Assembly: GCA_048213135.1 (NCBI GenBank)
Contig: PS015010.1
Location: 744,001 to 808,000 of the forward strand
DNA from: Reclinomonas americana ATCC 50394
Lineage: Eukaryota
Reading direction: 5' to 3'
Length of the DNA stretch: 64,000 nucleotides
Below the pieces are notes generated by a model. It searched no databases. It saw nothing but the letters and a program-made list of their open reading frames with translations, and had not been told where the DNA came from. A program made the translations under genes and the position numbers. Every line of letters starts with the position of its first letter. Position 1 is the stretch's first letter. This document shows positions 1-9,955 of the stretch, one piece after another.

Positions 1-488
1 ATCTTGTATTTACCTATTGAGGTACAGTTACTGTTGGCCACGTTGGAAAAGATCAACTGATCATTACAGTTGGGCTTGTAAGAACCGCTGCCATGAGATA
101 CCATCGAAGTGAATTCAATGGAATCCTTCTTCAGGTTGTAAACGAAAAAGCGTCTTTTACCCGATGGAATAGACATGTCCACCATAAAGCAATATTCTTC
201 GTTGAAATTATTGGCGATCACGAATTGTTCCGCTTCATTTACTTTTTGTTTCAGACGAAGGGCCGCGGCTTTCAGGCGGGTGTTGATCTGCATGAAAGAT
301 GTATCCCTTTCCACGATGCTGTCCTTGATGAGGCATACATTCGCAGGTTCTCTTGATGACACGGTATTGCCAGCGCTTTCTTTAGCGAGATAATCATTCG
401 GCTGTTGTTGCTGAAAAGGTGCACTGGTGGCAGTAAGGCATGCACCTGTAACGATGAGGGAGAAAATTCCTGCAAGAACCAACTTCAT
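1..488 (-). CDS. Murein L,D-transpeptidase catalytic domain family protein (YkuD_2-like), runs off the left edge of the window
   Basis: Not in the ORF track. Hand translation from ATG at 488: MKLVLAGIFSLIVTGACL...YCFMVDMSIPSGKRRFFVYNLKKDSIEFTSMVSHGSG...FSNVANSNCTSIGKYK. The DMSxxSGxxRFFV, VSHGSG and FSNxxxSxCTSxG blocks are typical of this Bacteroidota family. Confidence 0.8.
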   Translation of the reverse strand, partial: MKLVLAGIFSLIVTGACLTATSAPFQQQQPNDYLAKESAGNTVSSREPANVCLIKDSIVERDTSFMQINTRLKAAALRLKQKVNEAEQFVIANNFNEEYCFMVDMSIPSGKRRFFVYNLKKDSIEFTSMVSHGSGSYKPNCNDQLIFSNVANSNCTSIGKYK

Positions 489-641
489 AGTTTGACCCGG
501 TTTTTAAGGTTAACGCAGTCAGCATTAAAAAATTGGATTCAGTCAGTTGGCAGCCGCTGGGGCGGAGTTCCTGATGACACTATAAAGATAGAGATTTTGC
601 AGAAATGCAAGGGGCAGCTATCCACATTTAGGAAAGATTAA

Positions 642-692
642 CAAAAAAAGCAGCCTGCCCCGGCGGATGGAGAACCACCAAAGGGCAGGCTG
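642..692 (-). terminator. Probable intrinsic terminator downstream of the 713-2890 gene
   Basis: CAGCCTGCCC/GGGCAGGCTG 10-bp stem with a long loop, followed by a U-tract on the minus strand. Confidence 0.5.
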
Positions 693-712
693 AGTAATAT
701 TTGGGGCTGGAC

Positions 713-2890
713 TTACCGGGATACGTAATCGCCTTCTTTCTTCACCGGCGGACCGTATAATTTGGCCACCAGCAGGGCGATATTTTTATAAGGAGGAACA
801 TATTCCTGGAAATAGTCGTAGGCTAACTTATTGTTTTTTAATTGTTTATCCAGCTCCTGCCACATCGTGCTCCAGTCCAGGTCCTTCTGGTTGAGCAGCC
901 TGTCGTTGATGATACGCAGGATGGGGTCATTTACCGCCGCAGAGCCAATCTGCTTGGTGGAAATGGCTTGTGCGGTACTGCTTCTTTCCAGCACATCGAA
1001 AATCTCTTTATAGCCGCCGCAGGACCCCAGGAAGATAAGCCGGGTATCGGGTGTCACCCATTTGATGCTGGACGGCAGGTGATAACTGTGCCCGCGGTGG
1101 ATCAGGATATGAGGTTTTATGCCCTGCTGGCCCAGGTATGCCATCATGGCCTGCTGCGCCTTATCATCCAGGCCGGCATCGTTGCTCAGGGGCAGGTTGG
1201 CGTAAATGGTAATGGGGAACAGTTTTTTCGATTTGATGGTTACCCAGTTCTCATTCTTTTCTATTGTCCACTGCGAAGCGTCGCTGAAGGCCGACATATA
1301 ACTGCTATACGCCGCTTTACCATCATCATCGCCATAAAAAAGTACCACTTCGGTTATGCTGCTGCCATCGCTGTTGCGGAGTTGTTTATGCGGAACGGTA
1401 TAGTATACCTGCAAAGCGGGGGGCAGCCCGGCGGCATTGTTGGCCTGGTTGCTCTTCACCGCCTGGAAAACCTGGGTAAGCAGGCTGTACACTTTTTGTC
1501 CTTCGCGGCTGGGGATGGCTTTGCACCGGTCATAATTACTTTTCAGTTCGGCCGACACCTGCATGGCCAGTGTATTGTCTTTGATCAAGCCCGGAAAGGT
1601 TTCCGCCACATTAATGGTTTCTTCCAGTCCCGCATCCTGTCTTTCCAAACCGGTCATAAAACGTTTGATGATGGCGGTGCCTGTTTCGGGCGACATCTGT
1701 TTCATGAAAGGAGATAAGGTATTGTATCGTGCCGCCAGGGAAATGAACTTGCGGTAACGGTCGTAACTCACCAGGCGGAAGAGGGAGTCGGAAGGTATCT
1801 TTTCAAAATTGCCCATCAGCTTTTTATAAGTGTAGAGATAGCTGCTGGTGTACAGTTCTGTTTCACCACCGATGATGATATAATACAGGTCCTGCGGGCG
1901 CATATCTTCCAGTACAAAGTACCTGGCTTTTTCGCTGCCCTCATTGTGCAGGCTGTTGATCACATCGGTAAAGAATTGTATAGCGTATTTATTCACGTAA
2001 TCGCGGAGTGCTTTGCGGTAAGCAGGATTTTCGCCCCGCTGAGCTGCGGCCTGGCCGGCCATCTGCGCATCCACCATCAGCTTGAAATACTGGCTGGGTA
2101 CGGCGCGGGCCTTGTCCACTTCTTCCAGGCTGATACGGTGTGCGGCAATCTGTTCGGCAAAAGGAAGATAATTGGTCACGTTCTTTTCCGGCGCTATGCG
2201 CAGCAGTGTTTGCACAAGCGGGGAGGAGTGGGTGCGTATGGCCTGCAGTAATTGCTCATCCCTGGTCATGTTCACAAAGGCGATGAATTTTTCCGGCTGC
2301 AGGTTGGCACTGATGAACAACAATGAGTCGCGTAAAGAATAACCGGGATTGGTGCTGAGGAAGTCCATGATCTTCTCTGGCGACTGCTCATATTTTTTGA
2401 GTGTGGCCATATCCTGCAACGATCCTGCTTTGGAATAATCTTTAAATACAGCAGCCATAAAAGCGGCGCGGTTGGGGTCGAGTTTTTTCATCACTTCCCC
2501 GGTAGGCTTCTGTGTGCGGAACAGTTGCCAGAGTTCGAGAAAACTGTTGCGGGTGTCGCGGATGATGATAGGATCGAAACCGGGAGCTTTCATGGCGTCT
2601 TCCATATTGCCGAGGAGGTACTGCTGGGCATTCAGTGCAAGCACTTTTTGACGGGAGTCGAGCTGATCGTCGGCCCTGATCACGGCCTGCAGGCTGTCCA
2701 TTTCATCATTGGCAAAATGGGTGAGGAGTGCTTTGGCTGTCACGTCAAGCGAAGACCGGTTAACGGTTTTACTGAAACTTTTCTGTAAACGGTTTACTTT
2801 GCGCAGGGCTTGCCTGGCATTGTCCTGCGCCTGCAGGGATAGGGTCAGCAACAGGGCAATGGGCAAAATCAAAAACTGGCGTATGGACAT
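713..2890 (-). CDS. Secreted hypothetical protein (725 aa) with a possible C-terminal His/Cys (clan CD-like) peptidase domain
   Basis: Signal peptide ending LQAQ. C-terminal motifs ILIHRGHSY and LIFLGSCGG. Confidence 0.8.
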   Translation of the reverse strand: MSIRQFLILPIALLLTLSLQAQDNARQALRKVNRLQKSFSKTVNRSSLDVTAKALLTHFANDEMDSLQAVIRADDQLDSRQKVLALNAQQYLLGNMEDAMKAPGFDPIIIRDTRNSFLELWQLFRTQKPTGEVMKKLDPNRAAFMAAVFKDYSKAGSLQDMATLKKYEQSPEKIMDFLSTNPGYSLRDSLLFISANLQPEKFIAFVNMTRDEQLLQAIRTHSSPLVQTLLRIAPEKNVTNYLPFAEQIAAHRISLEEVDKARAVPSQYFKLMVDAQMAGQAAAQRGENPAYRKALRDYVNKYAIQFFTDVINSLHNEGSEKARYFVLEDMRPQDLYYIIIGGETELYTSSYLYTYKKLMGNFEKIPSDSLFRLVSYDRYRKFISLAARYNTLSPFMKQMSPETGTAIIKRFMTGLERQDAGLEETINVAETFPGLIKDNTLAMQVSAELKSNYDRCKAIPSREGQKVYSLLTQVFQAVKSNQANNAAGLPPALQVYYTVPHKQLRNSDGSSITEVVLFYGDDDGKAAYSSYMSAFSDASQWTIEKNENWVTIKSKKLFPITIYANLPLSNDAGLDDKAQQAMMAYLGQQGIKPHILIHRGHSYHLPSSIKWVTPDTRLIFLGSCGGYKEIFDVLERSSTAQAISTKQIGSAAVNDPILRIINDRLLNQKDLDWSTMWQELDKQLKNNKLAYDYFQEYVPPYKNIALLVAKLYGPPVKKEGDYVSR

Positions 2891-2913
2891 GTTATAGGTT
2901 TTCCCTCTTTAGT

Positions 2914-2928
2914 TCCAAGTTCGTGCCA
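2914..2928 (-). promoter_or_regulatory. Possible sigma54 -24/-12 promoter
   Basis: Minus strand reads TGGCACGAACTTGGA just upstream of ATG 2890. The -24 box TGGCACG is perfect and the -12 box is imperfect. Confidence 0.4.
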
Positions 2929-2974
2929 TGCGTTCCGGGACGCATTTTTTCGGGTCCGGCAATAAAAAACGGTG

Positions 2975-3907
2975 TCAGTTGGGAATAATTTTCCCCAAGG
3001 CGTCCGTAATCTTCTTATACGTGTCGTCATCACTCACGGATTCGGGACGGAATTTCTTACCAATCACTTTTTCATACAGTTCAATATAACGAGCCGATAT
3101 AGTCTCTACCCATTCATCACTCATAGCGGGAACGGTTTGGCCTTCCTTGCCCATGAAGTTATTCTCTATCAGCCATTCCCTTACGAATTCTTTGCTTAAC
3201 TGTTTCTGGCGTTCGCCTTTTTGCTGGCGGTCGTCGAAACCGGTGGCGTAAAAGTAGCGGGAAGAATCGGGTGTATGGATCTCGTCCATAAGAATGATCT
3301 CGTCGCCTATCTTACCAAATTCATACTTGGTATCTACCAAAATAAGTCCCTGTTTGGCAGCTATTTCCTTGCCCCGGGCGAACAGTTGTAAGGCATAACG
3401 GCAGAGCTGTTCCCATTCCGCCTGCGTGGCTATACCGCGGCTGATGATCTCGGCAGGGCTAATATCCTCATCATGTCCTTCGGCAGCCTTGGTGCTGGGG
3501 GTGATAATGGGTGAGGGGAAGTAATCATTTTCTTTCATGCCTTCGGGCATGAAGGCACCGCAAAGGGTACGCTCACCCGAAGCGTAAGTACGCCAGGCAT
3601 GACCGGTAAGATTGCCCCTTACCACCATTTCAATCTTAAAAGGTTCGCATCGTTTACCAATGCTCACGTTAGGGGCGGGCACATCAAGCAACCAGTTGGG
3701 ACAGATGTCTCTGGTGGCGTCGAGCATGTAGGCAGCGATCTGGTTGAGAACCTGTCCTTTAAAGGGTATGGGACGAGGCAGAATGACATCAAAAGCGGAG
3801 ATCCGGTCACTCGCCACCATCACTAAAAAATTGTTGTAAATTGAATAAACATCTCTTACTTTGCCCTTATAAAATGAGGTCTGGTGGGGGAATTGAAATA
3901 CTGCCAT
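2975..3907 (-). CDS. purC: Phosphoribosylaminoimidazole-succinocarboxamide (SAICAR) synthase
   Basis: [36 protein letters not shown] and LSKEFVREW motifs. Confidence 0.97.
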   Translation of the reverse strand: MAVFQFPHQTSFYKGKVRDVYSIYNNFLVMVASDRISAFDVILPRPIPFKGQVLNQIAAYMLDATRDICPNWLLDVPAPNVSIGKRCEPFKIEMVVRGNLTGHAWRTYASGERTLCGAFMPEGMKENDYFPSPIITPSTKAAEGHDEDISPAEIISRGIATQAEWEQLCRYALQLFARGKEIAAKQGLILVDTKYEFGKIGDEIILMDEIHTPDSSRYFYATGFDDRQQKGERQKQLSKEFVREWLIENNFMGKEGQTVPAMSDEWVETISARYIELYEKVIGKKFRPESVSDDDTYKKITDALGKIIPN

Positions 3908-4047
3908 AACGCTAAAGTAACATCAACGGCTGTAATTCCCTGCAAATGAGACTTACAAGATTTCAACAACTGGTAATAAAATAAACTTTTCAGGTAGAAT
4001 AAGTATGCTTATTTTGCCCCTAATTAACCTAACCAAAATAACGCGAT

Positions 4048-6786
4048 ATGAGAAAAATTGCATGCTATTTTTTACCATTCCTGCTGGCCAACCTGTTAAC
4101 GATTGCGGCCGTTGCACAGAATGTAAATATAAGCGGTAATGTAAGGAACAGCGTCACTAAAGAGAACTCAGGAGCTGTTTCTGTAACTGTAAAGGGGGCG
4201 GAAACCGGCACTTTTACAGATGATAAGGGAAATTTCAAATTATCCGTGAAATCCTTACCCGTAACATTATTAATCTCTTCTGTTGGATATGAACTCCAGG
4301 AAGTAACCGTTTCATCTGCCGGTTTTACCCAGGTGGAATTCAAACCCAGTTCTTCACTGGGACAGGAAGTAGTGGTATCGGCCAGCAGGGTTCCGCAGAA
4401 AATACTGGAATCGCCCGTTTCAGTTGAAAGGGTGAACGCAGCGGCCATCCGCAATGCTCCTTCCGCTAACTTCTACGATGTGGTAACCAGCCTGAAAGGT
4501 GTGGACGTAACCACTTCTTCACTCACTTTTAAAACACCTACCACCCGCGGTTTCAACTCCAGCGGTAATACCCGTTTTAATCAACTGGTAGACGGTATGG
4601 ACAATATGGCCCCCGGCCTCAACTTCTCCGTTGGCGCTATCATTGGCCTCAGCGAACTGGATGTGGACAATATGGAACTGCTGTCAGGTGCTTCTTCAGC
4701 CCTGTACGGTCCCGGTGGTATGAACGGTACCCTGCTTATGACCAGCAAAAACCCTTTCAAATACCAGGGTCTTTCTTTCCTGGTGAAAGAAGGTGTTATG
4801 CATACTGATAAAAGGCAGCGCCCGGCTTCAGCTTACCACAACTGGAACCTGAGGTGGGGTAAGAAAGTGAACGAACGTTTCGCTTTCAAGATCAACGCCG
4901 AACTGATCCAGGCCAAAGACTGGATGGGTTTTGACTACCGCAACTACAACAGGGCCGCTACCGGTGGCAATGTAAAAGCAGGCGACAGGGCAAGCGACCC
5001 AAACTACGATGGTATCAACGTGTATGGTGATGAAACCACTACCGATATCCGTGCTTCTGTACTGAACGCCATCGGCGCAACCGCCGCACCGTTCCTTAAG
5101 AACTTTATCGATACCCTGAATGGCGGCCGTCCCATCAACGTTTCCCGTACCGGTTATACCGAAAAAGAAGTGACCAATCCCAATACTGTAAACTTTAAAC
5201 TGGGCGGCTCACTTCATTATAAACTGACTGAACATACCGAAGCTACCGTGGCTGCTTACTGGGGAACCGGTAACACCATTTATACCGGCAGCGAAAGGTA
5301 TTCACTGAAGGACTTTAAAATGGGCCAGTACAAAGTTGAACTGAATAACCGCTACTGGATGCTGAGGGGTTACACCACGCAGGAAAATGCCGGTGAATCT
5401 TACAACACAACTGTAGCCACCCGCCTGTTCAACGAAAGCTGGAAACCCAGCGGTGGCGCTACAGGCTGGTTCTCTACCTACGCACAAACTTACCTGGGTG
5501 CACGCCTGAACGGTTTGACCGATGCCGCTGCACACGCCGCTGCACGTGCTACTTCCGATGTTGGCCGTCCGCTGGCAACCAGTGCCCAGTTCAAAAAATC
5601 ATACGATTCACTGCGTGTGGTGCCTATCTCCAAAGGTGGCGCCCTGCTGGTGGACAAATCTGACCTGTATGCCCTGGAAGGCAGCTACAACATGAGCCAC
5701 CTTACCGGCAAATGGGTTGACATCCTTGTGGGTGGTAACTACAAACAATATGTACTGAATTCTGAAGGTACCCTGTTCTCTGATTCAACCGGACCGATCA
5801 AGATCGCTGAGTTTGGCGGTTACGTTCAGGCCAGCCGTAAAATCATCGACCGTTTAACACTGACTGTTTCCGGCCGTTACGACAAGAACGAGAACTTCAA
5901 AGGCCGTTTCACACCAAGGGCAACCGCGGTTGTGAAAATTGCTGAGAACAATAACGTACGCCTGTCTTACCAAACAGCTTACCGCTTCCCGTCTAACCAG
6001 CAGCAGTTCATCAACCTGGCTATCGGCAGTAACGTACGCCTGATTGGTGGTGATCCTTCTTTCAGGAGTTACTTCAACTTCGATGGTAACAAGATTTACG
6101 ATTTTGAATCACTGCGCAAAGGCAATATGGTACAGGTTACACCTGTTGACCTGAAACCCGAGTCACTGTCTTCTTTCGAAGCCGGTTACAAAGGTCTGCT
6201 GATGGGTGGCAAGCTGCTGATCGACCTGTATGGTTACTGGGGTCAGTACCAGGACTTCCTGGGAAGGCAGGTTACCGTACAATCGCTGACCGGTGCGCCT
6301 ATCGCCCTGTCTGATACACTGAACGGCTATCGTTATTCTATCCCGGTTAACTCCAATGATAAAGTGAAAACTTACGGTTTCGGTATTGGCTTCGATTACC
6401 GCCTGCCGCTGAACTTCACCATTGGTGCTAACATGGCATCAGATGTGCTGAAAGATGTACCTGATAATTTTGTGGCCTATTTCAATGCACCTAAATATAA
6501 GATCAACGCCAACATTGGTAACAGTGGTTTCGGCCCCGGCAAACGCATCGGTTTTAACGTAGCGTACAGGTGGCAGCAACACCTCTACTACCAGGGAGAC
6601 TTCGCTTCCGGTAACCTGCCCGACATTCACACACTGGATGCACAGGTTAGCCTGAAACTGCCGAAGACCAAATCTATCCTGAAAGTAGGCGCTCAAAACC
6701 TGCTGAACCAATACTACTACAACGCTGTGGGTAACTCACAGGTTGGTGGTCTGTATTATGTAAGCTTTGGTTATAACCTGTATTAA
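4048..6786 (+). CDS. TonB-dependent receptor (CarboxypepD_reg-like N-terminal domain, plug, barrel)
   Basis: Signal peptide, EVVVSASR, plug motifs (RGF, LVDG, GASSALYG) and C-terminal YYVSFGYNLY strand. Confidence 0.93.
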   Translation: MRKIACYFLPFLLANLLTIAAVAQNVNISGNVRNSVTKENSGAVSVTVKGAETGTFTDDKGNFKLSVKSLPVTLLISSVGYELQEVTVSSAGFTQVEFKPSSSLGQEVVVSASRVPQKILESPVSVERVNAAAIRNAPSANFYDVVTSLKGVDVTTSSLTFKTPTTRGFNSSGNTRFNQLVDGMDNMAPGLNFSVGAIIGLSELDVDNMELLSGASSALYGPGGMNGTLLMTSKNPFKYQGLSFLVKEGVMHTDKRQRPASAYHNWNLRWGKKVNERFAFKINAELIQAKDWMGFDYRNYNRAATGGNVKAGDRASDPNYDGINVYGDETTTDIRASVLNAIGATAAPFLKNFIDTLNGGRPINVSRTGYTEKEVTNPNTVNFKLGGSLHYKLTEHTEATVAAYWGTGNTIYTGSERYSLKDFKMGQYKVELNNRYWMLRGYTTQENAGESYNTTVATRLFNESWKPSGGATGWFSTYAQTYLGARLNGLTDAAAHAAARATSDVGRPLATSAQFKKSYDSLRVVPISKGGALLVDKSDLYALEGSYNMSHLTGKWVDILVGGNYKQYVLNSEGTLFSDSTGPIKIAEFGGYVQASRKIIDRLTLTVSGRYDKNENFKGRFTPRATAVVKIAENNNVRLSYQTAYRFPSNQQQFINLAIGSNVRLIGGDPSFRSYFNFDGNKIYDFESLRKGNMVQVTPVDLKPESLSSFEAGYKGLLMGGKLLIDLYGYWGQYQDFLGRQVTVQSLTGAPIALSDTLNGYRYSIPVNSNDKVKTYGFGIGFDYRLPLNFTIGANMASDVLKDVPDNFVAYFNAPKYKINANIGNSGFGPGKRIGFNVAYRWQQHLYYQGDFASGNLPDIHTLDAQVSLKLPKTKSILKVGAQNLLNQYYYNAVGNSQVGGLYYVSFGYNLY

Positions 6787-6831
6787 TCGGCCAGAAACGA
6801 ATCACACTTAACCTTATTAAACATCTTGTAT

Positions 6832-8058
6832 ATGAAATATATCAGTAACAGAGTAAAGACCGGCTTACTGGCAGCAGTATCTGCCATGACGATCTTGTCT
6901 TCCTGTAATAAAGACCTGGAGCAGTTCCCTGCTACCACGCCAACAGATCCTACCGGCCAGGCCCTCGGTGAAAAGCTTGCCGCTACGCCAACAGACAGCC
7001 TGTACTACAGGTTGATCGTAAAAGCGGGTATGACGGCCACACTCAATACCAGGAGCACCTACTATACCATGTTTGTTCCGGATAATGCGGCTATGCGTCC
7101 GTTCCTTACGGCAGCTTCTGGTGGCGCAGTTCCGCTGGGATCTCCTGATGCAGCATACTCTGCCTTCATCACCAATAACTTCCCTGCCACTTCCGCTGCT
7201 GGTGTGGTGAGTTATTATACCTGCCCGCAGGTGATCACTTCTGCCAATATCCCTGCCAGTTTCCCTAACTTTCAATACCCAAGCATACTGAACCCGGCTC
7301 CCGCACTGAGTGCGCTGCTGCGTTTGAGCGTTTTTCCTTCTACAGCAAATGGCGCCTGGTTAAACAACTTCCCGATTACCAGCGTGAACAGCAGTGCGGC
7401 TAATGGTGTGATCCACCACATTGCTGCCGTAAATGCACCGCCAAGCCAGTACCTGTGGGACAGGATCAATACCGATGTAACACCCGGCACAGGCCTTACT
7501 TACCTGAAAGCCGCCATCATTCGTGCCGACAGTGGTACCGGTACTCCCGGAACCCTGCAGAGTGCATTGCTGAACATCGGCGCTAACCTCACCGTATTTG
7601 CACCAACTGACGCTGTAATGCAGGGAACCCTCACAGCCCTCATCACACAGGCGCTTATTGCACAGGGTGTGCCTCCTGCAACTGCCGCTGCACAGGCAGC
7701 AGTACTGGCCAGTACACCTGCTGTATTCAGCAACCCGCTGCTGTATGGCACCCTTACCGCAACTACCGTAAAAGGTATTGTGGTATACCATCTGCTCGGA
7801 ACCCGTGCCTTTACCAATAACTTCTTTACCACCCAGGCCAACGTGCCTACGCTGCTTAACGGCGGCGTACCTGCTCACCCGGGTGTGGGACTGAAAGCAA
7901 CCTTTACTGCCGGTCAGGTATCTGCTGCTACAGTTAAGGGCCTGATGAATGCCTCGGCATCCAACGTGATCCTGAACCCGCTGCCCAATGGTTCCAGCGA
8001 CCAGCTTTACCTGAATGGTGTGCTGCACAAAATTGACCAGATGCTGATTCCTCAATAA
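6832..8058 (+). CDS. Fasciclin (FAS1) domain lipoprotein
   Basis: Lipobox LSSC. Two FAS1 motif sets: YTMFVPDNAA...NGVIHHI and LTVFAPTDA...NGVLHKIDQML. Likely ATG at 6832. Confidence 0.88.
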   Translation: MKYISNRVKTGLLAAVSAMTILSSCNKDLEQFPATTPTDPTGQALGEKLAATPTDSLYYRLIVKAGMTATLNTRSTYYTMFVPDNAAMRPFLTAASGGAVPLGSPDAAYSAFITNNFPATSAAGVVSYYTCPQVITSANIPASFPNFQYPSILNPAPALSALLRLSVFPSTANGAWLNNFPITSVNSSAANGVIHHIAAVNAPPSQYLWDRINTDVTPGTGLTYLKAAIIRADSGTGTPGTLQSALLNIGANLTVFAPTDAVMQGTLTALITQALIAQGVPPATAAAQAAVLASTPAVFSNPLLYGTLTATTVKGIVVYHLLGTRAFTNNFFTTQANVPTLLNGGVPAHPGVGLKATFTAGQVSAATVKGLMNASASNVILNPLPNGSSDQLYLNGVLHKIDQMLIPQ

Positions 8059-8077
8059 GGAGATAGATACTTTTTTT

Positions 8078-8113
8078 GAAGAGCCGTTCTGTAAAGGACG
8101 GCTCTTCTTTTTT
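8078..8113 (+). terminator. Intrinsic terminator of the TBDR-fasciclin operon
   Basis: GAAGAGCCGT...ACGGCTCTTC stem followed by TTTTTT. Confidence 0.85.
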
Positions 8114-8146
8114 GGGATGGGGGATGCCGGTACCAGATACGGGATA

Positions 8147-8461
8147 GCAGGATTGGAGCAAACGATAACGGAGTTAGTGCAATCAGCTATGGGGGTAGTG
8201 CATGCGTTCGTGGAATTCGTGCAAATGCTTATGGGGTTAGTGCAGATGCCTATGGGAGTAGTGCAAACTGCTATGGGACTAGTACAATCGTGAATGGAGA
8301 TCGTGCAAACAGTTATGGGACTCGTACAGTCGTTAATGGGATTTGTGCAAATGTCTATGGGAATAGTACAAACACTTATGGGAGTAGTGCAATCCTCAAT
8401 GGGGTTAATTCAATCATTAATGGGAGTTGCGCAAACACCTATGGAACTTCCGATGCCGCCG
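8147..8461. repeat. Degenerate 21-bp tandem repeat array (about 14-15 units)
   Basis: Units start exactly every 21 nt (8168, 8189, 8210, 8231 ... 8441). Consensus is roughly ATGGGRNTAGTGCAAWCNNNT, with no indels. Confidence 0.9.
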
Positions 8462-8743
8462 CCTGGTCTCCCGACCAGCGGCAAATGGCCATACATCTTC
8501 GCTGGCAGAAATTTGCGGCAGGTACTATATTTACACCCACCTATGGGACTCCTCTGTGTCCTCCTTACCTCCGTGCATCTCTGTGAAAACCCCTCCGCGT
8601 ATCTCTGTGAAAACCCCTCTGCGCATCCCTGTGAAAAAATCTTATGAGAGGTTTGCAATCGTTGATGCCGCCTGGTCTCCCGACCAGCGGCAAATGGCCG
8701 TACATCTTCGCTGGCAGAAATTTGCCGCCAGGTCTTATATTTA
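8458..8743 (+). repeat. Pair of about 76-bp direct repeats (8458-8533 and 8667-8743), each beginning with a REP-like hairpin
   Basis: GCCGCCTGGTCTCCCGACCAGCGGCAAATGGCCRTACATCTTCGCTGGCAGAAATTTGC...TATATTTA occurs twice, 209 bp apart. Confidence 0.9.
8568..8639 (+). repeat. Three 24-bp CTCTGTG-type tandem repeats
   Basis: CCTCYGYGYATCYCTGTGAAAA x3. An inverted two-unit copy lies at 10679-10725. Confidence 0.85.
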
Positions 8744-8751
8744 TCACCGCA

Positions 8752-9495
8752 ATGAAAAATATACTCTTCTTCCTCTTTTGCCTGTGTATGGTCACAGCCT
8801 GTGGAACGAAACATAAGTATAACTGGTCTGAGTATACTAAACTGTCTTTTATGGCTGACAGTGCCCCGCCTCCGCCTTACCGGGGACTGGAAGCAAATCT
8901 GTTTCCGCCCATATCCCAGTCGGACGCGGATATCGAATTACGGTTCTATGGCAATTTTCAGCCCAACAAGAGAAGTATGGTTTGTGTACGGTACTATCCC
9001 GACACTGTTTTTTTTGAAAGGATCACCGGTAGGCTCAACTCTAAACATGCTGCATTGCCTGAAAACAGCAGAGACAGCCTGGCATATGCTAACGACGGGA
9101 ATTATTATGACTGGACAACAGAACTGCTCAATCCGGGGATGGAACCTTCTGTATTCATTGACAGTTTCATCAAAAAAAGATTACTAAACCCGCCCACTTT
9201 TGAAGAACTGAAAGCTGTTATACTGAAAAGCCGTAAAGATGTTATCGGCGAAGATACCGCCCACCCCAGGATAAAGTACAGCATATCAAATATTCCGCAT
9301 ACCGTTTTTCACTATGAAGTGAAGATAGGCAACAGGTACATGGCCCGGGATCTTTATACGATCAGGTATGAAGACGACCCATTGACGATCTTTAACTATG
9401 TATCGTATGGTCCGTATGTATCCTATATCAACCTTATTTTCACCCCGCCCCGTGTCATTGCAATCCGGGAATTGAAGAACGACCGGGTACCCTGA
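8752..9495 (+). CDS. Hypothetical lipoprotein
   Basis: MKNILFFLFCLCMVTAC lipoprotein signal. The upstream in-frame extension from 8644 is repeat sequence. Confidence 0.75.
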   Translation: MKNILFFLFCLCMVTACGTKHKYNWSEYTKLSFMADSAPPPPYRGLEANLFPPISQSDADIELRFYGNFQPNKRSMVCVRYYPDTVFFERITGRLNSKHAALPENSRDSLAYANDGNYYDWTTELLNPGMEPSVFIDSFIKKRLLNPPTFEELKAVILKSRKDVIGEDTAHPRIKYSISNIPHTVFHYEVKIGNRYMARDLYTIRYEDDPLTIFNYVSYGPYVSYINLIFTPPRVIAIRELKNDRVP

Positions 9496-9502
9496 TGGGT
9501 TA

Positions 9503-9940
9503 TCATTGCAGCTGCATATGCAGTATAGGATAAGGCTTACCCGTCCCATCAAGTTCAGAACGGGATACTGTGCCAAACCCGAAATGTTCATAAAAACCAA
9601 CCGCATCTTCGTTTTGCTCATTCACATCAACCCCTGTAATACCCAGCTTGTCAATAGCATAACGAACCAGCAATTTGCCAATACCTTTACCTCTTACACC
9701 AGGATGAAGGAACAGCATCTCCAGGTTGTCATCCGAAACACCCATAAAACCGAGAATGCGGTCATCTTCTTTTGCAACGGTGAGCTGCACCTGGCCGAAC
9801 AGGTTGTTTTCGTGTATAAGCGTTTTGAAGAAAAGGATGTCATCCTCTTTCAGAAAATGATGAGTAGCACGAACAGAAGCTTCCCATATGGTTAATAACG
9901 TGGGATGGTCTTGTTCTGTGGCTGTAGAAAGTGAATACAT
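9503..9940 (-). CDS. GNAT family N-acetyltransferase (YjaB-like)
   Basis: WEASVRATHHFL, RGKGIG acetyl-CoA motif, VDVNEQNEDAVGFYEHFGF and GKPYPILHM. Confidence 0.93.
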   Translation of the reverse strand: MYSLSTATEQDHPTLLTIWEASVRATHHFLKEDDILFFKTLIHENNLFGQVQLTVAKEDDRILGFMGVSDDNLEMLFLHPGVRGKGIGKLLVRYAIDKLGITGVDVNEQNEDAVGFYEHFGFGTVSRSELDGTGKPYPILHMQLQ

Positions 9941-9955
9941 GTTCTAAATGAGAAG

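Noticed and set aside
8290-8816. Overlapping ORFs 8290-8586, 8294-8647, 8410-8814, 8427-8816 and 8565-8795
   Set aside because: They are translations of repeat sequence (the REP gives WSPDQR) with no independent coding evidence.
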